From an uncultured Thiomicrospira sp. (lineage in GTDB: Bacteria > Pseudomonadota > Gammaproteobacteria > CAKMZV01), in contig OZ239628.1 in assembly GCA_965195345.1 (NCBI GenBank), positions 1,024,001 to 1,088,000 on the forward strand: a stretch of 64,000 bases of DNA, in the 5' to 3' direction. The notes under the pieces are model-generated. The model did not search any database. It worked only from the letters and a program-made list of their open reading frames with translations, and had not been told where the DNA came from. Position 1 is the stretch's first letter. Each line of letters opens with the position of its first letter. Made by a program: the position numbers and the translations under genes. Below, piece after piece: positions 8,775 to 19,724 of the stretch.

Positions 8775-10915
8775 GTTTTTGTTGCTCTTTTTTGATCGGA
8801 TGTGTCAATAGGAAGAAGATCAATTTTACGTTCGCCGATATTTATTTGATTCAGCTTGATTTTAATACGATCACCAATGCTAAATGTGTTACCTAAATGC
8901 TCGCCTTTTAATTGATGATGAATTTCATCAAAATGATAATAATCCGATTTAAGATTAGAGACATGTACCAACCCATCTAAACCAAGCTCGTCAATCAAAA
9001 CAAAAAAGCCAAACGCTCTTACACCAGTAATGGAACCACTGAAAGATTCGCCCACATGCTGTTTGGCAAAATGACATTTTAAAACCAACGTTACATCACG
9101 TGTGGCGCTATCAGCGCGGCGTTCAGTCCGTGAGCAGTGTTGACCAATTTTCTCTAAAGCTTCTTCATTATTTGCAATACTTGTGACGGTTTTTGTTTGC
9201 AGTGTGCTTTTAATGGCACGATGTACAAGTAAGTCAGGGTAACGCCGTATGGGCGAGGTAAAGTGTGCGTATTCGTTGAAGTTCAAGCCAAAATGGCCTA
9301 AGTTTTGAGGGCTGTATATGGCTTGTTTGAAAGTTTGTAAGACAGCCATTTGCACCATTGCTGATTGAGGAAGTGATTTTGCTTCATTAATCAATTTGCA
9401 AAAGTGTTGTGGTTGAGGATTGTTGCCTCCACCTAAAGTAAGATTTAATGCGATCAACGTTTGCCTTAATAAAACAATTTTTTCCGAAGCAGGTGGTTCA
9501 TGTATGCGATACAACAAGGGCACATTATGTCGACGCAAATACTCAGCAGCACAACAATTTGCTAGTAGCATGCATTCTTCAATAATACGATGAGCATCGT
9601 TGCTTTCATAAGGATTTATTTTTTTTATAGCCCCTGTTTCTCCAAATTCCATTGTGACTTGAGAAGAGCTTATTTCAAGAGCACCACGCTTACGGCGTTG
9701 TTTGATAAGCTGTCTATACAGGGCATCTAATTGTTCAATATTTTTGCTAACTTCAGCGTTTTCAGACCACAGTTTGTGATTTTTATTTTCAATCATTTCC
9801 CAAACTGAGTTGTAAGTTAGGCGTGCTTTTGAAAGCATAATGCTGTTGTGCAGGGAAAAGTTAACAATTTCACCATCCTTGTTGATGTGCATGTCACAGG
9901 CAATGCACAACCGCTCAACGTTTGGTTTTAAAGAACACACGCCATTACTCAAAGATTCAGGGAGCATGGGAATGACTTTATTGGGAAAGTAAACAGAGTT
10001 TCCTCTTTTATGCGCTTCTTTGTCTAAAGCAGATCCTTGCTTGATGTAATGAGAAACGTCAGCAATTGCAACGATTAAACGCCAACCATCTTTCAATTTT
10101 TCGGCATAGACGGCATCGTCAAAATCTTTTGCGTCCTCACCATCGATGGTAATCAGCGCTAGATTGCGTAAGTCTAAGCGTTCTTTTAACTCCTTAGAAG
10201 GTATTTGTTCTTTTATAGCTTCGCTTTGTTTTAATGCCCCAGCACTCCATTCTGATGGAATAGCATATGAACGTAGTGCAATTTCTACTTCGTGAATTGG
10301 GTCGTCTGCTTTACCGATGATTTCAGTAATATTACCAATCGGAGGAGAGTGTTCGGTTGGTTGATGGGTGAGCTTTACCTGTACTAAAGAGCCAGTGTGT
10401 TTTCTGCTTGCATTGACAATAATGACGTCTTGAGAAAAGTGTACCGCTGATGGTTGCAAAAATGTTATGCCTTGTTCTTTGTAAACTGTTCCAACTATAT
10501 CAGTCGTGTTTCTTTTTAAAATTTCGGCAATGGCCACTTCATTTTTGTCACCTGATTTTTGGGAAACATAAGCAATTACTTCATCGCCATGTAGTACTTT
10601 GCGCATCTCACGAGAGGAGATAAATAATCGTTTCAATGATTTAATAGTATCTGTTTCAAGATAACCAGTGCCGTCTGAACGACCAACAACAACTCCCTTA
10701 ATCAAATCCATTGATTGAACCAGTCCGTATTTATTGCGACGGTTACACAGTAGTTGACCATCTCGAACCATCGCTTTAATACGATACTTCAAGGGCTTCT
10801 CTACATTTGGAGTGATATCTAATTGCCGAGCAATGTTGCGAAAAGAGAGTGGTGTCCCTGCATCCTTCATTATGGAAAGGATGTTTTCGCGAGTTGGGAC
10901 GTTTTTAATTTCCAA
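8771..10915 (-). CDS. rnr: Ribonuclease R
   Basis: TIDGEDAKDFDDA, HFTSPIRRYPDL, C-terminal S1 domain. Confidence 0.97.
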   Translation of the reverse strand: MEIKNVPTRENILSIMKDAGTPLSFRNIARQLDITPNVEKPLKYRIKAMVRDGQLLCNRRNKYGLVQSMDLIKGVVVGRSDGTGYLETDTIKSLKRLFISSREMRKVLHGDEVIAYVSQKSGDKNEVAIAEILKRNTTDIVGTVYKEQGITFLQPSAVHFSQDVIIVNASRKHTGSLVQVKLTHQPTEHSPPIGNITEIIGKADDPIHEVEIALRSYAIPSEWSAGALKQSEAIKEQIPSKELKERLDLRNLALITIDGEDAKDFDDAVYAEKLKDGWRLIVAIADVSHYIKQGSALDKEAHKRGNSVYFPNKVIPMLPESLSNGVCSLKPNVERLCIACDMHINKDGEIVNFSLHNSIMLSKARLTYNSVWEMIENKNHKLWSENAEVSKNIEQLDALYRQLIKQRRKRGALEISSSQVTMEFGETGAIKKINPYESNDAHRIIEECMLLANCCAAEYLRRHNVPLLYRIHEPPASEKIVLLRQTLIALNLTLGGGNNPQPQHFCKLINEAKSLPQSAMVQMAVLQTFKQAIYSPQNLGHFGLNFNEYAHFTSPIRRYPDLLVHRAIKSTLQTKTVTSIANNEEALEKIGQHCSRTERRADSATRDVTLVLKCHFAKQHVGESFSGSITGVRAFGFFVLIDELGLDGLVHVSNLKSDYYHFDEIHHQLKGEHLGNTFSIGDRIKIKLNQINIGERKIDLLPIDTSDQKRATKT

Positions 10916-10920
10916 AGTGT

Positions 10921-12246
<1,326 letters not shown>

Positions 12247-12253
12247 TTATATC

Positions 12254-12610
12254 TTAATTGTCTGACCAAACCGCTAACTCATTGCCTGAAGGCTCAGTGA
12301 AGTGAAATCTTCTACCACCGGGAAATGAAAAAATTTGTTCGGTAATAATACCCGCATTATCCTTAACCTTTTGTAAGGACTCTTCTAAATTTTTTGAATA
12401 TAACACCACTAATGCACTACCTTTAGAGCTATTAGAAGTAAGCTCAGCAGTATAAAATCCGCCGTCCAAACCTGACGTCGCTTTATCTAGAGCAGTATAA
12501 TTCTCACCGTAGTCAATAAATTTCCAGCCAAAAGCGTTGCTAAAAAACTCTTTAGTTTTGGCAATATCTCGGGCAGGAAATTCTACATAATTAATGTGCT
12601 CATTATTCAT
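12254..12610 (-). CDS. VOC (glyoxalase/bleomycin-resistance) family protein
   Basis: INYVEFPARD, FSFPGGRRFHFTEPSGNELAVWS. Confidence 0.88.
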   Translation of the reverse strand: MNNEHINYVEFPARDIAKTKEFFSNAFGWKFIDYGENYTALDKATSGLDGGFYTAELTSNSSKGSALVVLYSKNLEESLQKVKDNAGIITEQIFSFPGGRRFHFTEPSGNELAVWSDN

Positions 12611-12671
12611 TATCTTTCCTGCGTTAAGTGATAATTCACAACTTTTTCTACTTCGTTTTTAGAGCCAAAAA

Positions 12672-13571
12672 TTACAGTCGGTTTAATTCAAAAGTGAACC
12701 CTGTAGCAGGGCGAGGGTGCCCAAAACGTTCACCAATACCGTCATAACGTCCTCCACGGGCGATCAGTTTACTTCCAGCGTATAAACGCCAACTTAATCC
12801 GTGATGTAACTTCCAGCCTTGAGTCTCAGCAAAATCAAAGTACAAACAGACATTTGTGAATTTGTCTTCAATTTGATCAGTGAGTAGTTTTATTTTTTTT
12901 AATGTGTCTTCCACATTGGGTTTAAAAGAGATTATTTTTTTAGAAATTTCTTCAAAATCATTACCACAATATTCTAAAATGAATTCTAACTGAGGTGCGT
13001 TAGTGTTCTTGGCGTACTCTTTTAAATCAGGCTTTGAACGACGTTTGAGAATGCTAATTATTTCTGGATTATTTGCACAAATTTCAGTGAGTATTTCTGT
13101 GTGTCCGATGTCAAGCGTTAGAGGCTCACAAGTGGCGAATTTCGCACAATCAAGCGCTAAAGTAATGCTTTCAATTTCAGCTTCCAAAGAAGCATCGCCA
13201 AACAATTCAGCACCAATTTGATACGGATTACGTTGGTTACTTAAAGTTGATGCTTGTGTGCGAAACACTTCTCCAGCGTAACAATAGCGAACAATATCGT
13301 CTTTTCTTAAATTCGCATCCATACGGACAACTTGTGCAGTCATGTCAGCACGAATGGCTAACTGCTCGTTTTTTGAACCAGCTACTACGCACAATTCATG
13401 CTCTGAATTAGCGCTGCTTAACGCAGAGGCATATTCAACCAATGGAGGATGAATGTATTCATATTTATTGGCGGTTAAATGATCAAGAAAACGACGACGT
13501 AATAGCTCAAACTCCCAAGCTTTTGGAGGTCTCAAATCATCCAGTTGTGGAGGAAGCTGCCATGATTTCAT
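12672..13571 (-). CDS. hisZ: ATP phosphoribosyltransferase regulatory subunit
   Basis: WQLP..., IRADMTAQVVRMD, QIGAELFG, GGRYD, RPATGF; conserved position before purA. Confidence 0.9.
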   Translation of the reverse strand: MKSWQLPPQLDDLRPPKAWEFELLRRRFLDHLTANKYEYIHPPLVEYASALSSANSEHELCVVAGSKNEQLAIRADMTAQVVRMDANLRKDDIVRYCYAGEVFRTQASTLSNQRNPYQIGAELFGDASLEAEIESITLALDCAKFATCEPLTLDIGHTEILTEICANNPEIISILKRRSKPDLKEYAKNTNAPQLEFILEYCGNDFEEISKKIISFKPNVEDTLKKIKLLTDQIEDKFTNVCLYFDFAETQGWKLHHGLSWRLYAGSKLIARGGRYDGIGERFGHPRPATGFTFELNRL

Positions 13572-13750
13572 CACACAAACTTTATTATTAGTGCGCCAAC
13601 CAGAACAAGCAACAAACCAACGCCTCGCAATTGAATTTCACTGAAATCTGCTAATTGAGTAAGTGTTTTTTTCCAAAATCTCGGGAATAAGCTAGGCATT
13701 AGCCCCTCAATAATCAAGACAGCTCCCAATACTTCTAAAATGTAAATCAT
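13571..13750 (-). CDS. DUF2065 (YjeT-like) small membrane protein, 59 aa
   Basis: Not in the ORF track. Manual translation MIYILEVLGAVLIIEGLMPSLFPRFWKKTLTQLADFSEIQLRGVGLLLVLVGALIIKFV; conserved position between hflC and hisZ. Confidence 0.88.
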   Translation of the reverse strand: MIYILEVLGAVLIIEGLMPSLFPRFWKKTLTQLADFSEIQLRGVGLLLVLVGALIIKFV

Positions 13751-13789
13751 TCAATTCACTGATCAAAACCGGTCCATTTATTATTTAAG

Positions 13790-14665
13790 TTATCTAAGGT
13801 CAGGCTTTTGGCCAAAGAAATCAAAAAAACGTGATTTTGTATCTAAAAGTAAGACGTCGTTTTTGTTACTAAAACTTTTCTCGTATGCCGTAAGTGATCG
13901 GTAAAAGCGATAAAAGTCTTTATTGGTATTGTATGCGGTCGAATATATATTGGCAGAAGCCGCATCACCAACACCACGAACACGCTCGGCATCACGGTAA
14001 GCTTCTGCGATGAGAATGGTTCTCATTCGATCGGACTCAGCGCGAATTTTTTCAGACTGTTCCTGACCTTCTGAACGCAATTCTTTAGCAATTCTATGAC
14101 GTTCTGATTCCATTCTTCGATAAACGGATTCATTGACTTCACTTGGTAAATCCACACGCTTCAAGCGCACATCAATAACATCAATTCCAAATTTTCCCAT
14201 TGCCAGTGTTCTTACAGAAGCAGTAATGATATCGGTGATTTGTGAACGCTCACCGCTTACTACTTCATGGACTATGCGCTTACCAAATTCAGCACGCAAA
14301 CCATTGTTTATTGATTCCGCTAAGCGAATGTTGGCAACATCAATACTCCCACCAACACTCGTATAGAATTTTTTCAAATCGAAAATTCGCCATTTAGCAA
14401 AAGAGTCAACTTTAACTTTCTTTTTTTCCTTTGTTAAATAAGTCTCTGGTGGAAAGTCAAGCGTTTGTACACGAGAATCAAATTTACGAACGTTATTAAT
14501 AAAAGGAACTTTAAAATGCAATCCAGCTTGAAAATCAGTACGGACGATTTCTCCAAAACGCAATAACAAAGCTTTTTCTCTTTCGTCAACAATGAAAAAG
14601 GCATTTACCACCAATATTGTGACGATGGCTATGACAATAGTAAGTCCCATGCGTAATATGCCCAT
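13790..14665 (-). CDS. hflC: FtsH protease modulator HflC
   Basis: SPFH domain, VYRRMESER, FYRFYRSL.AY. Confidence 0.96.
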   Translation of the reverse strand: MGILRMGLTIVIAIVTILVVNAFFIVDEREKALLLRFGEIVRTDFQAGLHFKVPFINNVRKFDSRVQTLDFPPETYLTKEKKKVKVDSFAKWRIFDLKKFYTSVGGSIDVANIRLAESINNGLRAEFGKRIVHEVVSGERSQITDIITASVRTLAMGKFGIDVIDVRLKRVDLPSEVNESVYRRMESERHRIAKELRSEGQEQSEKIRAESDRMRTILIAEAYRDAERVRGVGDAASANIYSTAYNTNKDFYRFYRSLTAYEKSFSNKNDVLLLDTKSRFFDFFGQKPDLR

Positions 14666-15840
14666 TAGTTTCTACTCCGTAGGTTGCCGCGTAATTGATT
14701 AACGCGATCATTAGGATCTGTTAACCCTCCTTGCTGCTTATTTCCAAAATTCTGTGTGACGTTATTGTTTTCGGTACGTCCGTGGTTGACGATCTTGTCT
14801 AAAGGCAGATAAAGGATATTATTACCGCCTTCAACGTCTACTATTACCTTGGAGGTTCTCTCAAAAATAGACTCAATTGATTGCAGGTAAAGTCGCTCTT
14901 TAGTGACTTCAGGAGCTTTCTTGAATTCCTCAGAAATACTTAGGAAGCGATCCGTTTGACCTTTTGCCTCAGCAATTACACGGTCTTTATAGCCCAATGC
15001 TTCTTCAGTCAATCGGGCAGCTTCACCACGTGCTTGAGGAAGAATTTGATTAGTGTATGCTTCTGCTTCATTAATAAAACGTTCTTTATCCTCACGAGCC
15101 TTTACTACATCGTTAAATGCCGCTTGCACTTGTTGAGGTGCACTGGCGTTGCGCATGTTTACTGTGTAGACTTGCAAGCCTGTCTTATATTCATTTAATG
15201 TATTTTGAAGTAATACTTTTACATCCGCTACCACACGCTCTCTTCCTTCAGTTAGTACATCGTCCATAGGGGAACGCCCAACGACCTCACGAAGCGCGCT
15301 TTCAGTAACTTGACGCAACGTGTTTTCAGGGTCACGAACATTAAAAAGAAAGTCAGGAGCACTTAATATTTGATATTGAATACTTAGTTCGACATCAACA
15401 ATGTTTTCATCTTCGGTCAACATAAGCGCTTCACTTAAAACTTTGGTATTGTTTGAGCGGAAGCCTATTTCAGCACTGCGCACTGCTTGCACGTTGACAA
15501 CTTCTACCCTTTCAATAGGATATGGTAAGTGCCAGTTAAGACCTTCCGATGTTTCTTCAACAAATTTCCCAAAGCGGATGACTACACCTCGTTCAGCGTT
15601 TTCAATTTGATAAAGACCAGTGCTTGCCCAGATAATAAATAATACTAAAAATAGGCTACCAATGGCTTTTTTGGGTAATTTCAAAGGTGCGCCACCACCT
15701 CCATTTGATGAATTTTCGGAATCACCTGAGGATTTGTTTTGTCCAAACATTTCCTTTACTTTATTGATTAAGGCGTCGAACTCTTCCGATTGTTTGCCTC
15801 CCCACTGGTCGTTTGGCCGTCCGGGTTCATTCCAAGACAT
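14665..15840 (-). CDS. hflK: FtsH protease modulator HflK
   Basis: MSWNEPG start, MLTEDENIV, APEVTKERLYL, LYLPLDK; SD AGGAG upstream. Confidence 0.96.
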   Translation of the reverse strand: MSWNEPGRPNDQWGGKQSEEFDALINKVKEMFGQNKSSGDSENSSNGGGGAPLKLPKKAIGSLFLVLFIIWASTGLYQIENAERGVVIRFGKFVEETSEGLNWHLPYPIERVEVVNVQAVRSAEIGFRSNNTKVLSEALMLTEDENIVDVELSIQYQILSAPDFLFNVRDPENTLRQVTESALREVVGRSPMDDVLTEGRERVVADVKVLLQNTLNEYKTGLQVYTVNMRNASAPQQVQAAFNDVVKAREDKERFINEAEAYTNQILPQARGEAARLTEEALGYKDRVIAEAKGQTDRFLSISEEFKKAPEVTKERLYLQSIESIFERTSKVIVDVEGGNNILYLPLDKIVNHGRTENNNVTQNFGNKQQGGLTDPNDRVNQLRGNLRSRN

Positions 15841-16083
15841 CAATGCTCCTTATTTGAATTGTTTACTTTTGCTGTGAATTACAGACACGATGTTATTTTA
15901 TCATTAAATCAAGTAAACAGATGGATAGATAGTATGTGGAATTAAATAATAATTATGGTATGTTAAAGTTGTTCTTTTGGTTTTTTTTAAAAAGACTTTA
16001 TTTTAGGAAACTCTATTTTTCACGATCTTATTTTATGAAAGCACCAGTTTGTTATGATGGTTTAATTTTAAAAAAACGAACTA

Positions 16084-16111
16084 ATCATAAATATTAAAAC
16101 CACAGTGTCAA
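16084..16111 (-). promoter_or_regulatory. Putative sigma70 promoter for the hflK operon
   Basis: Minus strand TTGACA (16111-16106), 16 nt, TATGAT (16089-16084). Confidence 0.5.
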
Positions 16112-16139
16112 TATTTGGAAAACAAGCGTCAATATTGGG

Positions 16140-16156
16140 TGGTACAATTTGCGCGC
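16140..16156 (+). promoter_or_regulatory. Putative stable-RNA promoter for tRNA-Met
   Basis: Extended -10 TGgTACAAT followed by GC-rich discriminator (GCGCGC). Confidence 0.55.
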
Positions 16157-16165
16157 TGTTTTATC

Positions 16166-16242
16166 GGCTATATAGCTCAGTTGGTTAGAGCGCATCACTC
16201 ATAATGATGAGGTCCCTGGTTCAAGCCCAGGTATAGCCACCA
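16166..16242 (+). tRNA. tRNA-Met (CAT), elongator type
   Basis: GGCTATATAGCTCAGTTGGTTAGAGCGCATCACTCATAATGATG...GTTCAAGCCCAGGTATAGCCACCA: 77 nt cloverleaf, encoded CCA, resembles enterobacterial metT. Confidence 0.96.
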
Positions 16243-16312
16243 AATTTCTCCTCTCGCACACTCGATTGGTATTAATCTTTTGTATCAAAATATTTCTTGT
16301 ATCTAAACTATT

Positions 16313-17704
16313 ATGAACAACGTCAATCCTTCAATATTTCGTGCCTATGACATACGTGGTGTAGTTGATCAAAGTTTGTCTGAGGAAACCGTTTATCTGA
16401 TAGGTAGGGGCTTAGCTGCTGAAATAATACAAGGTGGTGAAAATAAAGTAGCTATAGGTCGAGATGGCCGTTTATCAGGCCCAAGATTCGCACAGCAATT
16501 AATTGCTGGTTTTTTAGAGAGTGGCGTTGATGTATATGATCTTGGATGCGTTCCCACGCCCGTTGTTTATTTTGCTGCCAATAAATACGCCAACGGCAGT
16601 TGTGTTGTTATTACAGGGTCACATAATCCTCCAGAATACAATGGTTTGAAAATGATGGTGTGTGGGCATACCTTGTCTTCAGAGCGCATACAGAAGCTCC
16701 GTCAAAACGTTGAACAAGGCAAATTTAATGATGGTAGAGGTGAACACAAGATACAACCTGTATTTGAAGAGTATGTTTCTGCCGTTTGTGAAAGAGTCCA
16801 ATTAAGCAGACCATTGAAGGTGGTGATCGATGCTGGCAACGGTGTAGCAGGTGGTTTCGCCCCAGAGTTAATGCATCGATTAGGCTGCGAGGTCACAGCG
16901 TTGTATTGTGAAGTGGATGGAAACTTTCCTAATCATCATCCTGATCCAAGTAAGCCAGAGAATTTGAGTGACTTGATAGATGCGGTGCGTAATAAGAAAG
17001 CCGATATAGGGCTTGCTTTTGACGGTGATGGTGATCGTTTAGGCGTTGTTGATGCGCAAGGTAATATTATTTATCCAGATAGACAACTTATCATGTATGC
17101 TCAGGACATTTTAACCAAGCATCCTGCTGCTACAATCATTTACGATGTGAAGTGCAGTGTGCACGTTCCTAGAGAAATAGAGAAATCGGGAGGTGTTGCC
17201 ATCATGTCTCGTACAGGACACTCTTTTATTAAAGCAGCATTGAAAGAACAAAACGCTGCATTAGCAGGTGAAATGAGCGGACATATATTCTTTAACGATG
17301 ACTGGTATGGTTTCGATGATGCTCTGTACACTGCGGCAAGGTTATTACAAATCGTTTCACGATCTGAATTAAACACAGTGCAGTTGTTTTCAACCATCCC
17401 AGACAGTAAGAATACTCCTGAATTAAATATTCATTTTGCTGAAGGAGAGCATTATAAAGCGATGGAAAAAATAATTGCGTTAGCCAATTTTAATGATGGA
17501 AATGTCTCTACCCTTGACGGCTTAAGAGTGGATTTTGAAAAAAGTTGGGGACTTGTTCGTCCTTCAAACACGACGCCCGTGCTTGTTTTACGCTTTGAGG
17601 GAGAGGACGAACTGGAATTGCAAAGTGTTATAAACAGGTTTGCTGTGTTGATTCAAGACGCCTGTCCAGAGGCTGTTTTGCCTGAAGAAATGATGCTTGT
17701 CTAA
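16313..17704 (+). CDS. algC: Phosphomannomutase/phosphoglucomutase
   Basis: IFRAYDIRG, TGSHNP phosphoserine loop, FDGDGDR, GEMSGH, RPSNTTP. Confidence 0.93.
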   Translation: MNNVNPSIFRAYDIRGVVDQSLSEETVYLIGRGLAAEIIQGGENKVAIGRDGRLSGPRFAQQLIAGFLESGVDVYDLGCVPTPVVYFAANKYANGSCVVITGSHNPPEYNGLKMMVCGHTLSSERIQKLRQNVEQGKFNDGRGEHKIQPVFEEYVSAVCERVQLSRPLKVVIDAGNGVAGGFAPELMHRLGCEVTALYCEVDGNFPNHHPDPSKPENLSDLIDAVRNKKADIGLAFDGDGDRLGVVDAQGNIIYPDRQLIMYAQDILTKHPAATIIYDVKCSVHVPREIEKSGGVAIMSRTGHSFIKAALKEQNAALAGEMSGHIFFNDDWYGFDDALYTAARLLQIVSRSELNTVQLFSTIPDSKNTPELNIHFAEGEHYKAMEKIIALANFNDGNVSTLDGLRVDFEKSWGLVRPSNTTPVLVLRFEGEDELELQSVINRFAVLIQDACPEAVLPEEMMLV

Positions 17705-17819
17705 ACGGCATTTGTTTAAACAATGTTATTAGACATTAAGACTGTCAAATGATTACGAGCATATGCTTGGCATTTACCATTTTTTTTTAACGATAAGAAT
17801 GTGTGTTCAATTCAGTAAA

Positions 17820-18506
17820 CTAAAAATTATACTGAACACCAAATCGGGTATTAAAGTTGCCAACCAAGACTAAAGTGGTTTCGTCACTTCCAGATCCAAA
17901 GAGTGCTTCAGCGCCAACTTTTTCTGCCGCGAAAAAGTAAGGGCGATCAACCATAAAATTAAATGCAAAACTATCGGTTAAATACCAATTTAAACCTACT
18001 TGATATCCGAGTACAATGCCTGCCACATTTTGTGAGAAGCCAGAAACGCCTAAATTTGGATTCTCCACACTGACTGTCGAATAGCCGAGGTGCCCCCCAA
18101 ATAAAAATTCCAAAGATTCAACGCGCACAGCCTTGTCATAGTTTATGGTTAAAGCAAGGAAATTTTTGAATTGCGTTAACTCTGTTCCAGTAGAAGCATT
18201 GACATTTCTATCATCTAAAGGGGTTGGTGAAATAATGTTTTGCTCACCAACATAGCGCAATCGTCCGTATAGATAATAATCATTTTTTTTCCCACCACCA
18301 ACGCTTAAATCCATTCCGAAAGGTGTAGAGCCACTCCCAAAATTAAAAACGCGTAGATCAGAACCCGCGCTGGATCGTTGATTTTCGCCATGCAATTCTA
18401 AATAGTGATGCACTAAATTAAATCGAAGAAATCCTTCTGCAAAAGCTGACTGCGGTAGGAATAATTGAAAACCTGCAATTAGGAAAAATAAAAATGCTCT
18501 CTTCAT
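17820..18506 (-). CDS. Hypothetical small outer-membrane beta-barrel protein
   Basis: Signal peptide ending AFA, alternating beta-strand pattern, C-terminal FGVQYNF; SD GAGGTG. Confidence 0.7.
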   Translation of the reverse strand: MKRAFLFFLIAGFQLFLPQSAFAEGFLRFNLVHHYLELHGENQRSSAGSDLRVFNFGSGSTPFGMDLSVGGGKKNDYYLYGRLRYVGEQNIISPTPLDDRNVNASTGTELTQFKNFLALTINYDKAVRVESLEFLFGGHLGYSTVSVENPNLGVSGFSQNVAGIVLGYQVGLNWYLTDSFAFNFMVDRPYFFAAEKVGAEALFGSGSDETTLVLVGNFNTRFGVQYNF

Positions 18507-18579
18507 TTTTTCACCTCTGTGAAATTATTTTAGATTGATTGTCAAACTCCAGACTGGAGTGAACCTCTAGTCTTGCCGC

Positions 18580-18608
18580 ATTGTATACAAATTGCAGGAC
18601 TTATTCAA
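18580..18608 (-). promoter_or_regulatory. Putative sigma70 promoter for the beta-barrel gene
   Basis: Minus strand TTGAAT, 17 nt, TACAAT, then GC-rich GCGGC. Confidence 0.55.
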
Positions 18609-18785
18609 TTGCTTGTGTACTATTTTCGATAATTCTTAAAGTCCTTTCAAGAGATATTTCAGAACAAGCGCATATATTTGACGAATTATAGACTGATGCT
18701 ACAGATATTTTTAAATATATCGTGCTGGTATAATGACCCACAATCATTCTAATTCAAAAGCCATATCATTAATATTTAAAGTACT

Positions 18786-19670
18786 ATGCACTCTGCTTTC
18801 ACCGCTGTAATTCCTGTTGCAGGATTAGGAACTCGATTTCTACCAGCAACAAAAATGGTTCCTAAAGAACTTTTAGTCTTAATAGACAGACCACTGGTAC
18901 AGTATGGTGTTGAAGAGCTGGTTGCAGCAGGGATAGATACAGTTATATTTGTAGATAGTCCAGCTAAACAAGGGCGTATTGAACGCCATTTTTCTCCTAT
19001 GCCGTGGCTTAATGATTTATTAGAAAAAGCCGATAAGAAAAACATTAAAAAACGCTTAGCTAATGCAGTTCCTCAAAATGTAAAGTTTATTACGGTTCTG
19101 CAAGATGAACCGTTGGGCTTGGGGCATGCAATTCTTCAGAGCGCCTCTATCGTTCGTTCAGATTACATTGTTATACTTTTGCCAGATATTATCATGTCAG
19201 ATCAACGAGGAGAAGATTTACAGCTGATGATGTCAGAATGTCAGTCAACTGGAAAAGGGCAGATTATGCTTCAAAAAGTTGATATGGCGGAGGTTAACTG
19301 TTATGGAATAGCGGACATTAAAAATGAAGAAAGATCTTCTACAAACAGTTGTGAGATTAAGGAGTTGGTCGAGAAGCCAGCTCCAGAATCCGCGCCTTCC
19401 AATTGGGCAATATCAGGACGTTATGTGTTACCAACTAGTATATTCTCATATTTGGAGGATATAGAAAGAGGTGTGAATAATGAGTTTCAACTAACGGATG
19501 CTCTTAATAAATTGTGCAGTAAAGAGGGTCTTAACGGTTGGTTGGCTATAAATGATGTGCATGATTGTGGGAATCGATTAGGGTACTTAAAAGCCAATCA
19601 TTATTTTGCATCTCAGCATGAAGAATTGGGGTCTGAATACCTTGCATGGCTTAAAAAACAATTGAAATAG
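18786..19670 (+). CDS. galU: UTP-glucose-1-phosphate uridylyltransferase
   Basis: AVIPVAGLGTRFLPATK..PKE, LGLGHA, VEKP, GRYV, QLTDA. Confidence 0.93.
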   Translation: MHSAFTAVIPVAGLGTRFLPATKMVPKELLVLIDRPLVQYGVEELVAAGIDTVIFVDSPAKQGRIERHFSPMPWLNDLLEKADKKNIKKRLANAVPQNVKFITVLQDEPLGLGHAILQSASIVRSDYIVILLPDIIMSDQRGEDLQLMMSECQSTGKGQIMLQKVDMAEVNCYGIADIKNEERSSTNSCEIKELVEKPAPESAPSNWAISGRYVLPTSIFSYLEDIERGVNNEFQLTDALNKLCSKEGLNGWLAINDVHDCGNRLGYLKANHYFASQHEELGSEYLAWLKKQLK

Positions 19671-19724
19671 ATTGCATTTAGTTAAAGCACTAATCAAGTA
19701 ATATAAAAACGAGTAATATTGATT

